A stretch of 64,000 bases of DNA from an uncultured virus (IMG/VR IMGVR_UViG_3300031413_000586). Taxonomy: Duplodnaviria > Heunggongvirae > Uroviricota > Caudoviricetes. Made by a program: the position numbers and the translations under genes. How positions within the stretch are numbered: position 1 is the first letter of the stretch; the number at the start of each line of letters is the position of its first letter. Under the pieces are notes generated by a model that was given only the letters and a program-made list of their open reading frames with translations, made no database searches and was not told the DNA's origin. Positions 1 to 10,822 of the stretch are shown here, piece by piece. The stretch lies in the IMG/VR virus record IMGVR_UViG_3300031413_000586, one strand, 5' to 3'.

Positions 1-1341
1 TTATCTTAAATCAACAATAGTCATTGCTTGTGGAACTTCAAAATAAAATTCTTGCACAAAATCTTGATTAAGCTCTCTCATAAAGTGAGCCATACTATGG
101 AAACAACTGCCTTTCACTGACTCATCTATATAGGGATCAGATGGTATTTCTCCATTACCAATAGCTATGTTACTCACCAAGGCTCCGTATACTCTATCTT
201 CTATATCATAGAGTATAATTGATGAATCACTTTTATCATATTTGATAATATTTTTTTGTATAGCATCATTGAATTCAATAGACAAAAAATCTTCTATCTG
301 ATTTTTTTCTTTAATAGATTTCAACAAGTAGTTTATTTTTAAAGCATTAGACTGTAATTCATCCGATTTTTCTCTAGCATTTTGCAGAATTTGAATCTCT
401 ATGTTTTTTTTATTAAGATAACATATTTTTGAATCTTCATTTTTTATACTGATACCATGACCTTTGAAGCGTAGACAAACCTCAAGAACATTCAGCATGT
501 TGGTAAATGATAAATAGCTCATGTTATGATAAGCTTGAATTATATCAGGCAGTTTTTGTTTAAGCTGTTGAATTTCATAAGGTATTAAATCTCTATAAAG
601 TTTTTTATCAATATACTCAGCCCATATTTCGTCGCTTTGAACTGTAAACCATAATACATCTCGATCACCCGAAATAATCATAAGCTTTTCAATATCGGAA
701 AAATCCAATGCTTTATAATCAAACGCTATTGATGTTTCATAATCTATTTCTGCCAACTCCATTATATGATTCCAGCCTAATTTTACATATTTTTTAGATA
801 ATAAGGCATAAACATCTTCACAGTCAAGGTAGTAGGTTTGTAATTTGTCTAAATAGGCTTTACGTTCTATGAGTAAATTATGAAAAGATGGAAACTTTTC
901 AACTGTTTTTTGTAAGAACAATACACCTTCTGCATAAGTTTTGATCATTTCTTGTAGAGAAGTAAATATAGATTTATTCATTTTCATGGCAGTTCTTTTT
1001 TGTGTAGTTTCAATATGCTCTTGTAAATCATTAAAGATATTGATAATACAGTTTTCAGGAGTTTTTGAATCAGCCATAAGTGAACTCATATCACTGCTTG
1101 TAACTGCTATCGATTCTTGAATATGTGAAAGAGCGTGTAGAAAAGAAAGACGACCGTATTCCATATGTATATTAGAAGCATTTGCTAATTCATTTTTAAA
1201 TGTATCTAGATCTTTTTGATCATGGTATCCTTGGTGAAAAACAGTCATGAATGCAAATGATTCAGGAGCATTTCTATGAAAAGGTGGTGCAACTGTTGCG
1301 ACCGTAACGACTCTATTATTGATATGGAAAACTTTATTCAT
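1..1341 (-). CDS. hypothetical protein, runs off the window start
   Basis: 446-aa ORF with upstream GAGGA RBS; no recognisable motif. Confidence 0.7.
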   Translation of the reverse strand: MNKVFHINNRVVTVATVAPPFHRNAPESFAFMTVFHQGYHDQKDLDTFKNELANASNIHMEYGRLSFLHALSHIQESIAVTSSDMSSLMADSKTPENCIINIFNDLQEHIETTQKRTAMKMNKSIFTSLQEMIKTYAEGVLFLQKTVEKFPSFHNLLIERKAYLDKLQTYYLDCEDVYALLSKKYVKLGWNHIMELAEIDYETSIAFDYKALDFSDIEKLMIISGDRDVLWFTVQSDEIWAEYIDKKLYRDLIPYEIQQLKQKLPDIIQAYHNMSYLSFTNMLNVLEVCLRFKGHGISIKNEDSKICYLNKKNIEIQILQNAREKSDELQSNALKINYLLKSIKEKNQIEDFLSIEFNDAIQKNIIKYDKSDSSIILYDIEDRVYGALVSNIAIGNGEIPSDPYIDESVKGSCFHSMAHFMRELNQDFVQEFYFEVPQAMTIVDLR

Positions 1342-1540
1342 TTATAGGTTCCTCTTTTATCCTGCAATAATAGATTAAACATATAAATAAGTCAAGAAAA
1401 TATTGACACTGTTGTATTCTAATGATACTATAATTCTGTATCTAAATCCTCAATAGCTGGCTGCTGATTGAGATTATGATTTTTTAGCGGATTAATTTCC
1501 GAGGTTAAAAATTACATGATAAAAATCAGAGGCCAACATC

Positions 1541-2971
1541 ATGAAAAACGTACCGTTTAAACGCATTCAACAAAAATTACAAAAAAGTGGAGTTCTCATT
1601 AATCGAGAGAATTCTAATGTACTCAGTATTACATCTACCAATGATGTGGGACTTGAATCAAAAATTCTATTACCTGATACTTTTGCCATTGAAGAGAAGG
1701 CTATTCATCAGTTATTGGATTTCGCTAAAATACAGCATCCAGATGGTGGGCATGTAAAATGTTCCTGTGCGACTCCTGACTTTCATACAGGCAGTACAAT
1801 TCCAGTAGGTAGTGTGGTAGTGACCAGTCACGATATGGTTATACCACAAGCCATTGGTACTGATATTAACTGTGGCATGCGATTACACAAACTTGATTTA
1901 ACATTTGATAGCTTTATGGCTAATAAAGAACTATGGGTTAAAAAGCTGAAAGGTGATTTATTGGAAGGAACCCGCAATATGCCAGTAACCCCATATGCTA
2001 TGAAAGCTCTATTTGATAATGGTATTGGAGATTTCTTTGAAGTTATGAAGAATTCCAAACAAGAAGGCATATTTGAAAAAATAGACTATGCTCAAATTAA
2101 ATTGGAAATGAGTAAACTGCATTCATCTGCTTTTGAAAAAGGCGAATCAAGTTATTCTCCTGATGCGTTACAAAACATGAGTCGTGATTTAATTCGCGAT
2201 CCATCAATGGGAACATTAGGAGGTGGTAATCATTTTTGTGAATTGCAGGTTGTTACCGAAATTACAGATAGACAGAAAGCCTATGAGCATGGATTGAAAG
2301 TCGGACAATTGGTTGTCATGATTCATACAGGTTCAAGAGATGTAGGTTTTTATGTAGGTCAACGTTGGGCTGATAAGGCCAAACAAATCTGGCCTAAAGG
2401 ACATAAGCATCCAGATAACAAAATATTTCCAATATATGGTGAGTTAGCGAATGAATACTTATTGGCAATGCACAGTGCTGCTCATTATGCTACTTTGAAC
2501 AGAGCCTTGATTGCTGAAATGGTACGTCAACGTACTATGGAAGTCTTTGGTCAAGTTGATTGTTCTTTGGTGGTAGATGTGCCACACAATATTGTATTAA
2601 AAGAAAAATTAGGCAATGTTCATCGTAAAGGAGCGACACCTGCTCATGCTGGTCAAGATCTGCTTATTCCGGGCAGTATGGGTCATGATAGTTATTTATT
2701 GTCTGGCTTGGGCAATGAAGATTGGCTAAGTTCTGCGAGTCATGGTGCTGGACGCAGTATTTCGCGTAATGAAATTTCTTTCAAAGGCCGTAAAGATAAA
2801 AGTCTATTGGGGCTTGATAGCGTTGAATGTATTACTCTGAAAGAAGAGCGAATGATTGAGGAAGCACCTGCAGCTTACAAGGAAATTGGACCAGTAATTC
2901 GCTCACAGGTTGAAGAAAAGACAATTTCAGTTATTGCCAAGTTTAGTCCGATATTAACCTTTAAAGCTTAA
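1541..2971 (+). CDS. rtcB: RtcB-family RNA ligase (3'-phosphate/2',3'-cyclic phosphate to 5'-OH)
   Basis: Motifs PDFHTG, IGTDINCGMR, GTLGGGNHFCE, IHTGSR, HN, HRKGAT, IPGSMG, SHGAGR, EEAPAAYK. Confidence 0.95.
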   Translation: MKNVPFKRIQQKLQKSGVLINRENSNVLSITSTNDVGLESKILLPDTFAIEEKAIHQLLDFAKIQHPDGGHVKCSCATPDFHTGSTIPVGSVVVTSHDMVIPQAIGTDINCGMRLHKLDLTFDSFMANKELWVKKLKGDLLEGTRNMPVTPYAMKALFDNGIGDFFEVMKNSKQEGIFEKIDYAQIKLEMSKLHSSAFEKGESSYSPDALQNMSRDLIRDPSMGTLGGGNHFCELQVVTEITDRQKAYEHGLKVGQLVVMIHTGSRDVGFYVGQRWADKAKQIWPKGHKHPDNKIFPIYGELANEYLLAMHSAAHYATLNRALIAEMVRQRTMEVFGQVDCSLVVDVPHNIVLKEKLGNVHRKGATPAHAGQDLLIPGSMGHDSYLLSGLGNEDWLSSASHGAGRSISRNEISFKGRKDKSLLGLDSVECITLKEERMIEEAPAAYKEIGPVIRSQVEEKTISVIAKFSPILTFKA

Positions 2972-2999
2972 CCTAAAAAGACTGGTTTTACTAGTCTTT

Positions 3000-3680
3000 T
3001 TAATTATCTATCATATTTAAGAGTAACAATCTTCTATCAATATCTTCAATACTCAATGGATTTTGTAGGGGACCTACTGAAAATTCAGGAAATGTTTCAA
3101 AAAAAAGTTCTGGATCTATAAACTCGGCTATATGGCACTTGGCAAGACGATTTTCCTCTTGTGGGTTGTCGATTTGATAACAATTATAATGGATTTTGGT
3201 ATATGTTGCCTTCCTTAATGATTTATTATCAATTTTGTTGTTGTATTTATTAATATAGGAATAATCAATGAAAACCAAATTTAAATTATTATCAAACTGA
3301 GTCCTAATTTCTAGTTTGTGCGTTTTATTGATAAATTTCAAGTCAACCGATAGTTCTGTAAATTGAAAATTATCATCAAATGTATAGTTGATTTTCTTTG
3401 GAATCCCATTAAAGAAAGGAAACTTTATTTTGTTGTCAGATGTTGAAATATTAATATTAAAATTATCGTCCATTTCTGTACTGTTTGTTAAGTTTTTAAG
3501 AGTAATACGTTTTTGAATATGAATGTATCCATATTCTTCATCGTTAATCATATATGAGCTAAATGAGCTTGAAATACTTTTAAAAGTAATGTCATCAAAA
3601 TTAATTGATTTTCTTAGTTTTTTGTACACCTGTTGAATCACATATTTAACGGATGTCATTTCAATTGTATTTAAGTTCAT
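3000..3680 (-). CDS. hypothetical protein, C-terminal Met(-4) motif group
   Basis: 226-aa ORF ending LLLNMIDN. Confidence 0.7.
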   Translation of the reverse strand: MNLNTIEMTSVKYVIQQVYKKLRKSINFDDITFKSISSSFSSYMINDEEYGYIHIQKRITLKNLTNSTEMDDNFNINISTSDNKIKFPFFNGIPKKINYTFDDNFQFTELSVDLKFINKTHKLEIRTQFDNNLNLVFIDYSYINKYNNKIDNKSLRKATYTKIHYNCYQIDNPQEENRLAKCHIAEFIDPELFFETFPEFSVGPLQNPLSIEDIDRRLLLLNMIDN

Positions 3681-3688
3681 TGATTTCC

Positions 3689-4342
3689 TTAATATGAGCA
3701 GGCTTCTAGAATAGTTAATTTTCTTTTAATGGCTTCCATATCAATTGGTATTTGATTAGGTCCTTCGACAAGATCATCAAAAAGACTATTATAGTTTTCT
3801 GGTTGTTTGAATTTGAAATATTCTAATTTTGCCAAAACATTTTCTTCATCCAGTGACAAGAATGGTGATTTCTTAGTCAATGGCTGTTTAACAATTGCAA
3901 CATGAGGCAAATGCCACATCATTTCAATTGAATGAATAGACATGCACTTATTGAATTTTCCAACAATTTGAAGCATGCTTCTTGCAGAATCATTATCAAA
4001 TTTGATATATTCTTGTATCACAATCATGTAATATTTCAATTCGATATTTTCGTTTAGATACCAATAAATAGGTTTCTTGATGCCCGACATGAAAGGAAAA
4101 ACCCCATTGTAATCCATTGTTGAAATTTGTACTTCTATTTCTGAATCTTTTGTTTCTTGATGAATACTCAATCGCCCTTCATGTATATTATACACGCTAT
4201 AATATAAAATTCTATTATCCTTTTCCCATATATAGATATCAGATGTTGATGGATAATCACCAACAGAGTTTTTTATTTGTTTTATGAGGTCGATTTTTTG
4301 TTCAGTGGATATGTCATCTAATGTCAAATCAATTGCTCCCAA
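3689..4342 (-). CDS. hypothetical protein, probable paralog of 3000..3680
   Basis: Shares FPF..GI.K.I, EEN.LAK and GP.Q.P patterns with its neighbour. Confidence 0.7.
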   Translation of the reverse strand: MGAIDLTLDDISTEQKIDLIKQIKNSVGDYPSTSDIYIWEKDNRILYYSVYNIHEGRLSIHQETKDSEIEVQISTMDYNGVFPFMSGIKKPIYWYLNENIELKYYMIVIQEYIKFDNDSARSMLQIVGKFNKCMSIHSIEMMWHLPHVAIVKQPLTKKSPFLSLDEENVLAKLEYFKFKQPENYNSLFDDLVEGPNQIPIDMEAIKRKLTILEACSY

Positions 4343-4390
4343 TAGAATATCGCTATTTTATCATTAAATTATAATTAAAACAAGTTTAAA

Positions 4391-4792
4391 TTATGGTTTT
4401 GACTTTTTGTTGACATGATTGCTTGCAGGTTTATTTTCAAGAGTGAGTTCATTTTTTGAAACCTCTGCAATTAAAACTTCTTGAATTCCTAGCCATTTAA
4501 ATGCAACCAATCGGTGGCGTCCTTCCATAATAAAATTATCGGGATCATTTTTTTCTATAAATATAGGTTGAGGTTGGGCACCATTTTTTATTTTTGAAAA
4601 TATTTTTTTTGTTCTTTTTTCTTCAAGCGGAAATTTTTCATAACTTGCCTCCATGGATTCTATATGATGTTTAAAAATGTCAATAGACATTGACTTCATT
4701 GTAATGGCGATCTGGCTGACATTTTCGACATTTAACCACAATGCTATGGATTGCAGATCTTGCTCAAATAGTTCTTTATCCAAGTAGTCCAT
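4391..4792 (-). CDS. ParB/Srx-like N-terminal domain protein
   Basis: PIFI...IMEGRHRLVAFKWLG resembles the ParB-N GxxR motif. Confidence 0.65.
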   Translation of the reverse strand: MDYLDKELFEQDLQSIALWLNVENVSQIAITMKSMSIDIFKHHIESMEASYEKFPLEEKRTKKIFSKIKNGAQPQPIFIEKNDPDNFIMEGRHRLVAFKWLGIQEVLIAEVSKNELTLENKPASNHVNKKSKP

Positions 4793-4904
4793 AAAAAATC
4801 CTATGTTTTTATTAGAATATCATATAAACATGTATAAACAATATTATAATAAGATTGAATTTTTTAAAAGACATTGATAAGATGTTTTTAAAATGAGGTA
4901 ATCT

Positions 4905-5687
4905 ATGTTATTGACACCAGAAAAACTAAAAGACATTAATTATTTGTCCATTAAAACTTTTGAAAAATTCTTTTTTAAAGGGGACCGATTAAAACTTAAC
5001 AATACATCTAAATCTCGGCTAACTATTGGTTATGTTTCAAATTTTAACAATATTGATCAGATGGAAGTTAAAAAATTACATAATAATTCTGCAATAGAGT
5101 ATATTGATAATCAACAAAATTGTTTTTTTATATATTCTGAAAAATTTTACTTATTGAAAGATCTGGATATTATATATCCCGATATGCAAAAAATTTATGC
5201 TATTTTAAATTTTTACTATTCCAAGCTTTTTTATTATAATATCATTGATACTGTTGAGGAATTTAAGGTTAATTCTGATTTTTATACTCATATTGTAGCT
5301 CCTAATTTCTATGTACGGAATAATTTCAAAAAAAGAGTAGATAGTTCTATACCTAACAATAGCCATATCAGCTTATTTCCAACAACAAACAATGAAGTGA
5401 TGATGGGTTTGACAATAAGGTTGCCTATTTCAAAAAAAAATTCATTGGCCATTTCAGCCATACCACAGCAAGATGAGAGCTATAAATATTATCTAAAAAA
5501 TATCAATACTCGATCAAGAGGTGGATATTTTGAAATTTCAGGTCTTGATGAGGCAGCAGACTATATTGAAAATGTTTTGTTCAAAAATGCATATTTTTAT
5601 ACAGCATTTAAAAAAAACTTCAATGTCATTGAAAAAGAAGATTTTCATCAGGATTATTTTAAATTATATGAAATGTTATCTGTTTAA
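4905..5687 (+). CDS. hypothetical protein, C-terminal Met(-4) motif group
   Basis: GAGG RBS; ends KLYEMLSV. Confidence 0.75.
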   Translation: MLLTPEKLKDINYLSIKTFEKFFFKGDRLKLNNTSKSRLTIGYVSNFNNIDQMEVKKLHNNSAIEYIDNQQNCFFIYSEKFYLLKDLDIIYPDMQKIYAILNFYYSKLFYYNIIDTVEEFKVNSDFYTHIVAPNFYVRNNFKKRVDSSIPNNSHISLFPTTNNEVMMGLTIRLPISKKNSLAISAIPQQDESYKYYLKNINTRSRGGYFEISGLDEAADYIENVLFKNAYFYTAFKKNFNVIEKEDFHQDYFKLYEMLSV

Positions 5688-5746
5688 AATTTGTTATTAT
5701 AGTACTATTATGGTATAATACCCCATCTTTTCAAGAGGTATACACC

Positions 5747-6259
5747 ATGAGTCTAAAGTATAGAAATGTAAGTCACTATGAAAAATATGATATGATTTCG
5801 AATCATGTCATATTTCTGTTTGCCGTATTCAAAGGATTCAACAAGATCCAATCCATGAGTCATAGAGATTTTTCTGCAAAAAAAGTATATAAAGCCATGG
5901 ATTTTCGTGTAATTAGGGCAGATTCATCTCCTACCGGGGCAATGGCTGCTGAATCAATGACCATTGAATTTACCAGTTACAACTCTGTATTATTTGATAA
6001 ATCAAAGTATTTTCAAATTAAATTTAATCAAAAAACCAATACGATTGGATTTAAATTAAATAAGGAGTATGACAGTAATTTTGAATACTGCATAGCCGTA
6101 AAGCAATCAAATGACATGAACGTCATCTTGAAGCATATCAGTGTCATTTTATTTGAGCATGCGTTCAAAGAGATGATTGTTTCACAATTAGGTTATAATA
6201 TCGATTTTCATGAATTTTCTCAAAAACACTATAATTTATTAGAAATGACCGCTATCTGA
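5747..6259 (+). CDS. hypothetical protein, C-terminal Met(-4) motif group
   Basis: GAGG RBS; ends NLLEMTAI. Confidence 0.75.
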   Translation: MSLKYRNVSHYEKYDMISNHVIFLFAVFKGFNKIQSMSHRDFSAKKVYKAMDFRVIRADSSPTGAMAAESMTIEFTSYNSVLFDKSKYFQIKFNQKTNTIGFKLNKEYDSNFEYCIAVKQSNDMNVILKHISVILFEHAFKEMIVSQLGYNIDFHEFSQKHYNLLEMTAI

Positions 6260-6320
6260 TTATATTGCTAATTTGGATTAAACATGGTTTAATATAGAAA
6301 TATAAACTATAAGATTTTTA

Positions 6321-6500
6321 ATGAAAAATATTCTGATACTGCTTTCGGCTTTATTTGTTTTATTACTCAGTGGTTGTTCAACAGAAGATTGGAACCGATT
6401 GGATCAACGATTTTCAAAAGTAAGTTTTGATATTATTAGTGAACCAGATCCCTATGCTGATCAGTATCATGAAGCAGATGAACAAGAAGAAAAAGAGTAA
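6321..6500 (+). CDS. small lipoprotein (59 aa), absent from the ORF track
   Basis: MKNILILLSALFVLLLSGC STEDW...: signal peptide with LSGC lipobox. Confidence 0.75.
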   Translation: MKNILILLSALFVLLLSGCSTEDWNRLDQRFSKVSFDIISEPDPYADQYHEADEQEEKE

Positions 6501-6535
6501 AAATTTATTTTATATATATTTTATTGGAGAAAAGA

Positions 6536-6811
6536 ATGACTTATTTAGTAAAAGTTAAAGAACTGTGTGATCAATTACAAAAAACTATTCCAGAACTGAC
6601 GACCATTCAAGCCAATTTTATTTTGACATCAACTGGGCAGCAAGCATTATTTGAGACCATCACTATCACTGAGTTCTATATCAATGTACTAACTCAATAT
6701 CTAGATTCTACTAAAGAACAAGAAATCACTGGCAAGGACAAAGAGAAAATAAAAATTATTTACGAGCATTACAAAGAAAATTTAAAGATCATAAAGGCTT
6801 ATGAAAATTAA
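6536..6811 (+). CDS. hypothetical protein
   Basis: GGAG RBS before ATG 6536. Confidence 0.65.
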   Translation: MTYLVKVKELCDQLQKTIPELTTIQANFILTSTGQQALFETITITEFYINVLTQYLDSTKEQEITGKDKEKIKIIYEHYKENLKIIKAYEN

Positions 6812-6877
6812 GGTATAATTATTTTACATATTTTAAAAATGTAGTATAATAATATTATAAACAAGGATGATATTGTC

Positions 6878-7132
6878 ATGGGATTAGCTTTTAATAATAA
6901 TTTGCCAGTTATGGAAGTAGAAGAACTTAGCTCAATCGATATGAGTCTTTTTAAAGCTTTCCAAGAGAGAACATCTAATAACAGTCAAATCCTTCAAAAT
7001 GAATCAGTTTCTGCTTGTAGAATGGATAGATATGCTGTAAGCGAACTTACAGATTCTATTGAACAGCGTAAGGAAATGGTTAAAGATCTCGATATTTCAA
7101 AAATAAAATTTAGTTCATATAAACCTTTCTGA
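6878..7132 (+). CDS. hypothetical protein
   Basis: AGGA RBS, followed by a hairpin terminator. Confidence 0.65.
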   Translation: MGLAFNNNLPVMEVEELSSIDMSLFKAFQERTSNNSQILQNESVSACRMDRYAVSELTDSIEQRKEMVKDLDISKIKFSSYKPF

Positions 7133-7264
7133 TTTCCTCTTTATTAAAGACCTTGTATAAGGTCTTTTATTTGTTTCATTCTTATTCCAAAAAATTATTT
7201 GACTGATACAGTTACTGCATGATACGATTATAAAGAAACTATCAGTAAGTATTGGAGTGGCAGA

Positions 7265-7834
7265 ATGAATAAATCAATAATTTTTTTAAATCATAACAAA
7301 TACACAAATTTTAATGATTTCTTGATTGGTCTTGAAGAAGGACTAATTGGAAGTAATAATTCTTTTTGTACGATAATAGTGACAGGAGATACAGATCCTT
7401 TAGCTTCTCATTTTTTTTCCAGAGATGCTTATTCAAACCTTGTTAGAATGGAAGAAGTTGCGAAAAGATATAGAAAAAAAATAGATATTCAAATCAATAC
7501 TCGAATGCCATATTTTATCGAAAACCGTTCATTGAAAGATGTTTTTCACCTGTATCCTGTTGGAATAAATTACTATATTACCAATTCTAATCATGATGAT
7601 TTTATCAAACTGGCCGATATCTTAAGTTCTATTAAGAAATTAGAAACATGGGATTTCAAAAATCCTATGAAAACAAAGATAATTCTTGACATAGATGAAC
7701 AAATTCATAGAAACAGATTGCATGATATTAAAAACGCTATTGAAAAAACAGTAGTTTTGGTAGAATCTACTGATGATTTTTCGTTCCGTTTAACAAAAAG
7801 CAGTAGAGAAAAAATCAAGGTTTTGCTAGGTTGA
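7265..7834 (+). CDS. hypothetical protein
   Basis: 189-aa ORF, GGAG RBS. Confidence 0.7.
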   Translation: MNKSIIFLNHNKYTNFNDFLIGLEEGLIGSNNSFCTIIVTGDTDPLASHFFSRDAYSNLVRMEEVAKRYRKKIDIQINTRMPYFIENRSLKDVFHLYPVGINYYITNSNHDDFIKLADILSSIKKLETWDFKNPMKTKIILDIDEQIHRNRLHDIKNAIEKTVVLVESTDDFSFRLTKSSREKIKVLLG

Positions 7835-7882
7835 TTTAAATATTTATGTTATAATATAAAAAAACTACTATTTAATAAATAG

Positions 7883-9934
7883 ATGCTAACTAACACCAAT
7901 ATTTCTTTACTTCCTAAATTATTGAGTACAAAACAAGATACTATTCTTTTAGATCTAATGTTATTCTGTCTAGAAGAGAAGAAAGAATTGACACTTGCTG
8001 ATTACAATACATTCCAGAAAATAAACGTTAGCTATTTTAATACCGGCATATTTAAAGATTTCTTGGGTGAAAAATATCAATTAGCTCAATTAAAAGGCAG
8101 TCAACATCTTGTCATGAGAGATACTGTAAACAATATAAACTTAGACTCCTTGTATATTGATTCAGATACTTTACAAGATATTGGCAATAAAATGGGATCT
8201 CAATCAAAGGAAAAGGTAATCAAATTTATTGAAGAGGTAGAAAAAGATATTTATCCTGATCCGACAATGAATTATTTTACTAAAAGAAAAAACTATATCA
8301 ATAATACAGTTATTGTTCCCTTGGTATTTGAAGAAGATGAGATAGCATTCAAAAATAGCTTTTTTTTATCTGCAAGAGGCGTTAATTATACACCTAATTT
8401 TAAAGAGAAATCGATTAAAAATCTTTTAAATGAAAAATTGTACAATGACTCAAGTATCAACACCTGTTTTCATGAAAATTATGAAGCTTATTATAAACTG
8501 ATCAATCAAAAATTTGAACATACTTTTTATCCAGAATTTAAAGACAGTAAATATCATTTCAGAAAAAATATTTTATTTTTGAGTGATGAACTGGAAATGA
8601 GGTATATGCCTGATAAATTAATACAAGGTGAATATACAACAAACCGATCTACCATTTGGCTTGCTTTTTTAAAAAACGATAACTTTTTGGGTGGTTCATG
8701 TTTATTTAATGATGATGCCACAGAAATTAGAAACATTTCTATAAAAGCTTCTCAGGCAAATGAATTCAATTATAGGAAAGGAATTCAAGATATATTGAAT
8801 TCAGACTATTGCAAGCAAGATGTGTTCTTGATGGCACCTGAAATAAAAGCGTTTGGCTTCGAAAAATCAGTTCGTACTAATAATGAAAATAAACGTATCT
8901 ATTTCAATGAAAATGAAAAAGATTTATATTTTGACTTGATGGCATTTATACAAAAAAATAATTTTTGCAAGTATAGTGAAAAGATAGTAGATAAATTTTA
9001 CAAGGAAATTATTTTGAATTCCAGTATTAATCAACCTCAAAGTGTATTATTTGAAGACGATTATTTATCATTGGTAGTAGAACAATTCAACAACAAAATT
9101 TACACCCAATATGCTAATAAACCTAAAAATGGATTGCGTGTCGATAGAGAAGAAATTATCAAACAATGTATTCTTCATGTAAATGGTGACAATACTTTTA
9201 AATATTATTTAAAAAATGAACTGGATGCACTATCATTCAATTTTACGATACGTCGAAATGAACATGAACCTGCAGATTACTCACCTCTTGTAGATGATGT
9301 TTTCAAATTTTTGGATAGCTATAATTATATTTTGTCTGATGAACAAAAAAATTGTCTAGTCAACAATATTTATATCAATAATTATCATGGGAAAATATAC
9401 GATGATAGCATTATTGAACATGGATATAGTTTTCACGCCTTGTATGATTTTTTATCGACACAAGATTTAGTCAAAAAATCAAATCTTACTTATGTATACC
9501 GTTTAGAATTTTCCGATGGCACTGGTATCTATCGTTCTGTAAGTAATCAATGTCTTTTAGATGATTCTTTGGTTGATATATTAGAGTACTCTCAAAGAAC
9601 TTATCCTGCAAAAGAAAAAGGAATTTCCAGTTTATTCGATATAAAAAATTTTCATGAAAAAATGAGTTATAATTTTTACAATGAAAATTATTATTTTGCC
9701 TTTAAAAACTTGAATCAATTAAAAGACTGGTTTAAACCAAATGAGTTATTGAATTTTATGAAAAATGATGTGAAGATAATTCGATATGAAATTGAAGAAA
9801 ATTATATTATATCAACAGCATCGCAAGTTGCCTTTAATAAACGTTTTGTAAATGATAAAAAAGAATTAAATTTCAAAGAGTGCTTGGATATCAATGAGAC
9901 ATCCAAGATTCATTCAAAAATGAAGCCAAATTAA
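7883..9934 (+). CDS. large hypothetical protein
   Basis: 683-aa ORF; C-terminal VYRLE..G.G.Y...F.F..L.QL..WF segment of a kind I recall from phage hypotheticals; basic tail SKMKPN. Confidence 0.75.
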   Translation: MLTNTNISLLPKLLSTKQDTILLDLMLFCLEEKKELTLADYNTFQKINVSYFNTGIFKDFLGEKYQLAQLKGSQHLVMRDTVNNINLDSLYIDSDTLQDIGNKMGSQSKEKVIKFIEEVEKDIYPDPTMNYFTKRKNYINNTVIVPLVFEEDEIAFKNSFFLSARGVNYTPNFKEKSIKNLLNEKLYNDSSINTCFHENYEAYYKLINQKFEHTFYPEFKDSKYHFRKNILFLSDELEMRYMPDKLIQGEYTTNRSTIWLAFLKNDNFLGGSCLFNDDATEIRNISIKASQANEFNYRKGIQDILNSDYCKQDVFLMAPEIKAFGFEKSVRTNNENKRIYFNENEKDLYFDLMAFIQKNNFCKYSEKIVDKFYKEIILNSSINQPQSVLFEDDYLSLVVEQFNNKIYTQYANKPKNGLRVDREEIIKQCILHVNGDNTFKYYLKNELDALSFNFTIRRNEHEPADYSPLVDDVFKFLDSYNYILSDEQKNCLVNNIYINNYHGKIYDDSIIEHGYSFHALYDFLSTQDLVKKSNLTYVYRLEFSDGTGIYRSVSNQCLLDDSLVDILEYSQRTYPAKEKGISSLFDIKNFHEKMSYNFYNENYYFAFKNLNQLKDWFKPNELLNFMKNDVKIIRYEIEENYIISTASQVAFNKRFVNDKKELNFKECLDINETSKIHSKMKPN

Positions 9935-9938
9935 TTGA

Positions 9939-10676
9939 TTAATCTAAAAATTCTAAATGTTCTTTCACTGCATTGTTGAATTGCTGCTCTTTTAGTGCTT
10001 TATTTTTTTCTTTTCTAAAGTTTTCAAGTTCTTTTGTTGTTGTATAAGTTGTAATCATATTATCTTCGACATTGATCTTGAACTTTTTATTATCTTTTAT
10101 AAAATAATCGCCATCCTTTTCAAAACCTGATGTTTTTATTTGATCAATGATTTCAAGTTGTTCTTTTTCGGCTATTTTGTTATTGTCTTTACGTTCTGTC
10201 TTTGAAATATTTAAAACATGTCCAAATCCATACTCAAAACAAACTTTTAATGTACTGTATTTCTTAAAATAACATTCACTACGAAAAGCCTCTATATCAG
10301 TATCAACAAAGATAACTTTTTTGTTTTCACTGTATAACTTATTGTTCATGTCAATACGTTTTAAATCGCCTTCTAGTTTTTTTAGATTTTCCAAGGCGAT
10401 TGTGTCTTGTTTTTCACTGCGTTGAAGAACTTCTTTATATCCATTGATAGTGCTATACATTTCTTTAAAGAAATTGGTATCATTTTCAACTCCACCTGCT
10501 TTTACAGCATTATTATAGTCACCAATAACTTTAATATGTTTTACCTTGCCTAACTTTAAATTTTCGTAGACGAAATCTTGATTTTTTTCTTCTGGATTTG
10601 TAAGTGAGTCATTTGCATAAATGCTACTGGAAAAAACAGTGGCAACCAACATACATATAAGTGAATTTTTTAACAT
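9939..10676 (-). CDS. exported hypothetical protein
   Basis: Signal peptide MLKNSLICMLVATVFSSSIYA; GGAG RBS. Confidence 0.7.
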   Translation of the reverse strand: MLKNSLICMLVATVFSSSIYANDSLTNPEEKNQDFVYENLKLGKVKHIKVIGDYNNAVKAGGVENDTNFFKEMYSTINGYKEVLQRSEKQDTIALENLKKLEGDLKRIDMNNKLYSENKKVIFVDTDIEAFRSECYFKKYSTLKVCFEYGFGHVLNISKTERKDNNKIAEKEQLEIIDQIKTSGFEKDGDYFIKDNKKFKINVEDNMITTYTTTKELENFRKEKNKALKEQQFNNAVKEHLEFLD

Positions 10677-10822
10677 AAAAATCTCCATAGTGATAGTTAT
10701 TCAGTTGGAAAATTTTAATATATATTCTTCATAATGTCAAACTATTAGTTTTTTAATAATATTGATAACTTGACAAAATAAGTTTTTATACTAACATAAT
10801 ATAACAAAAATAGGATGTCACT

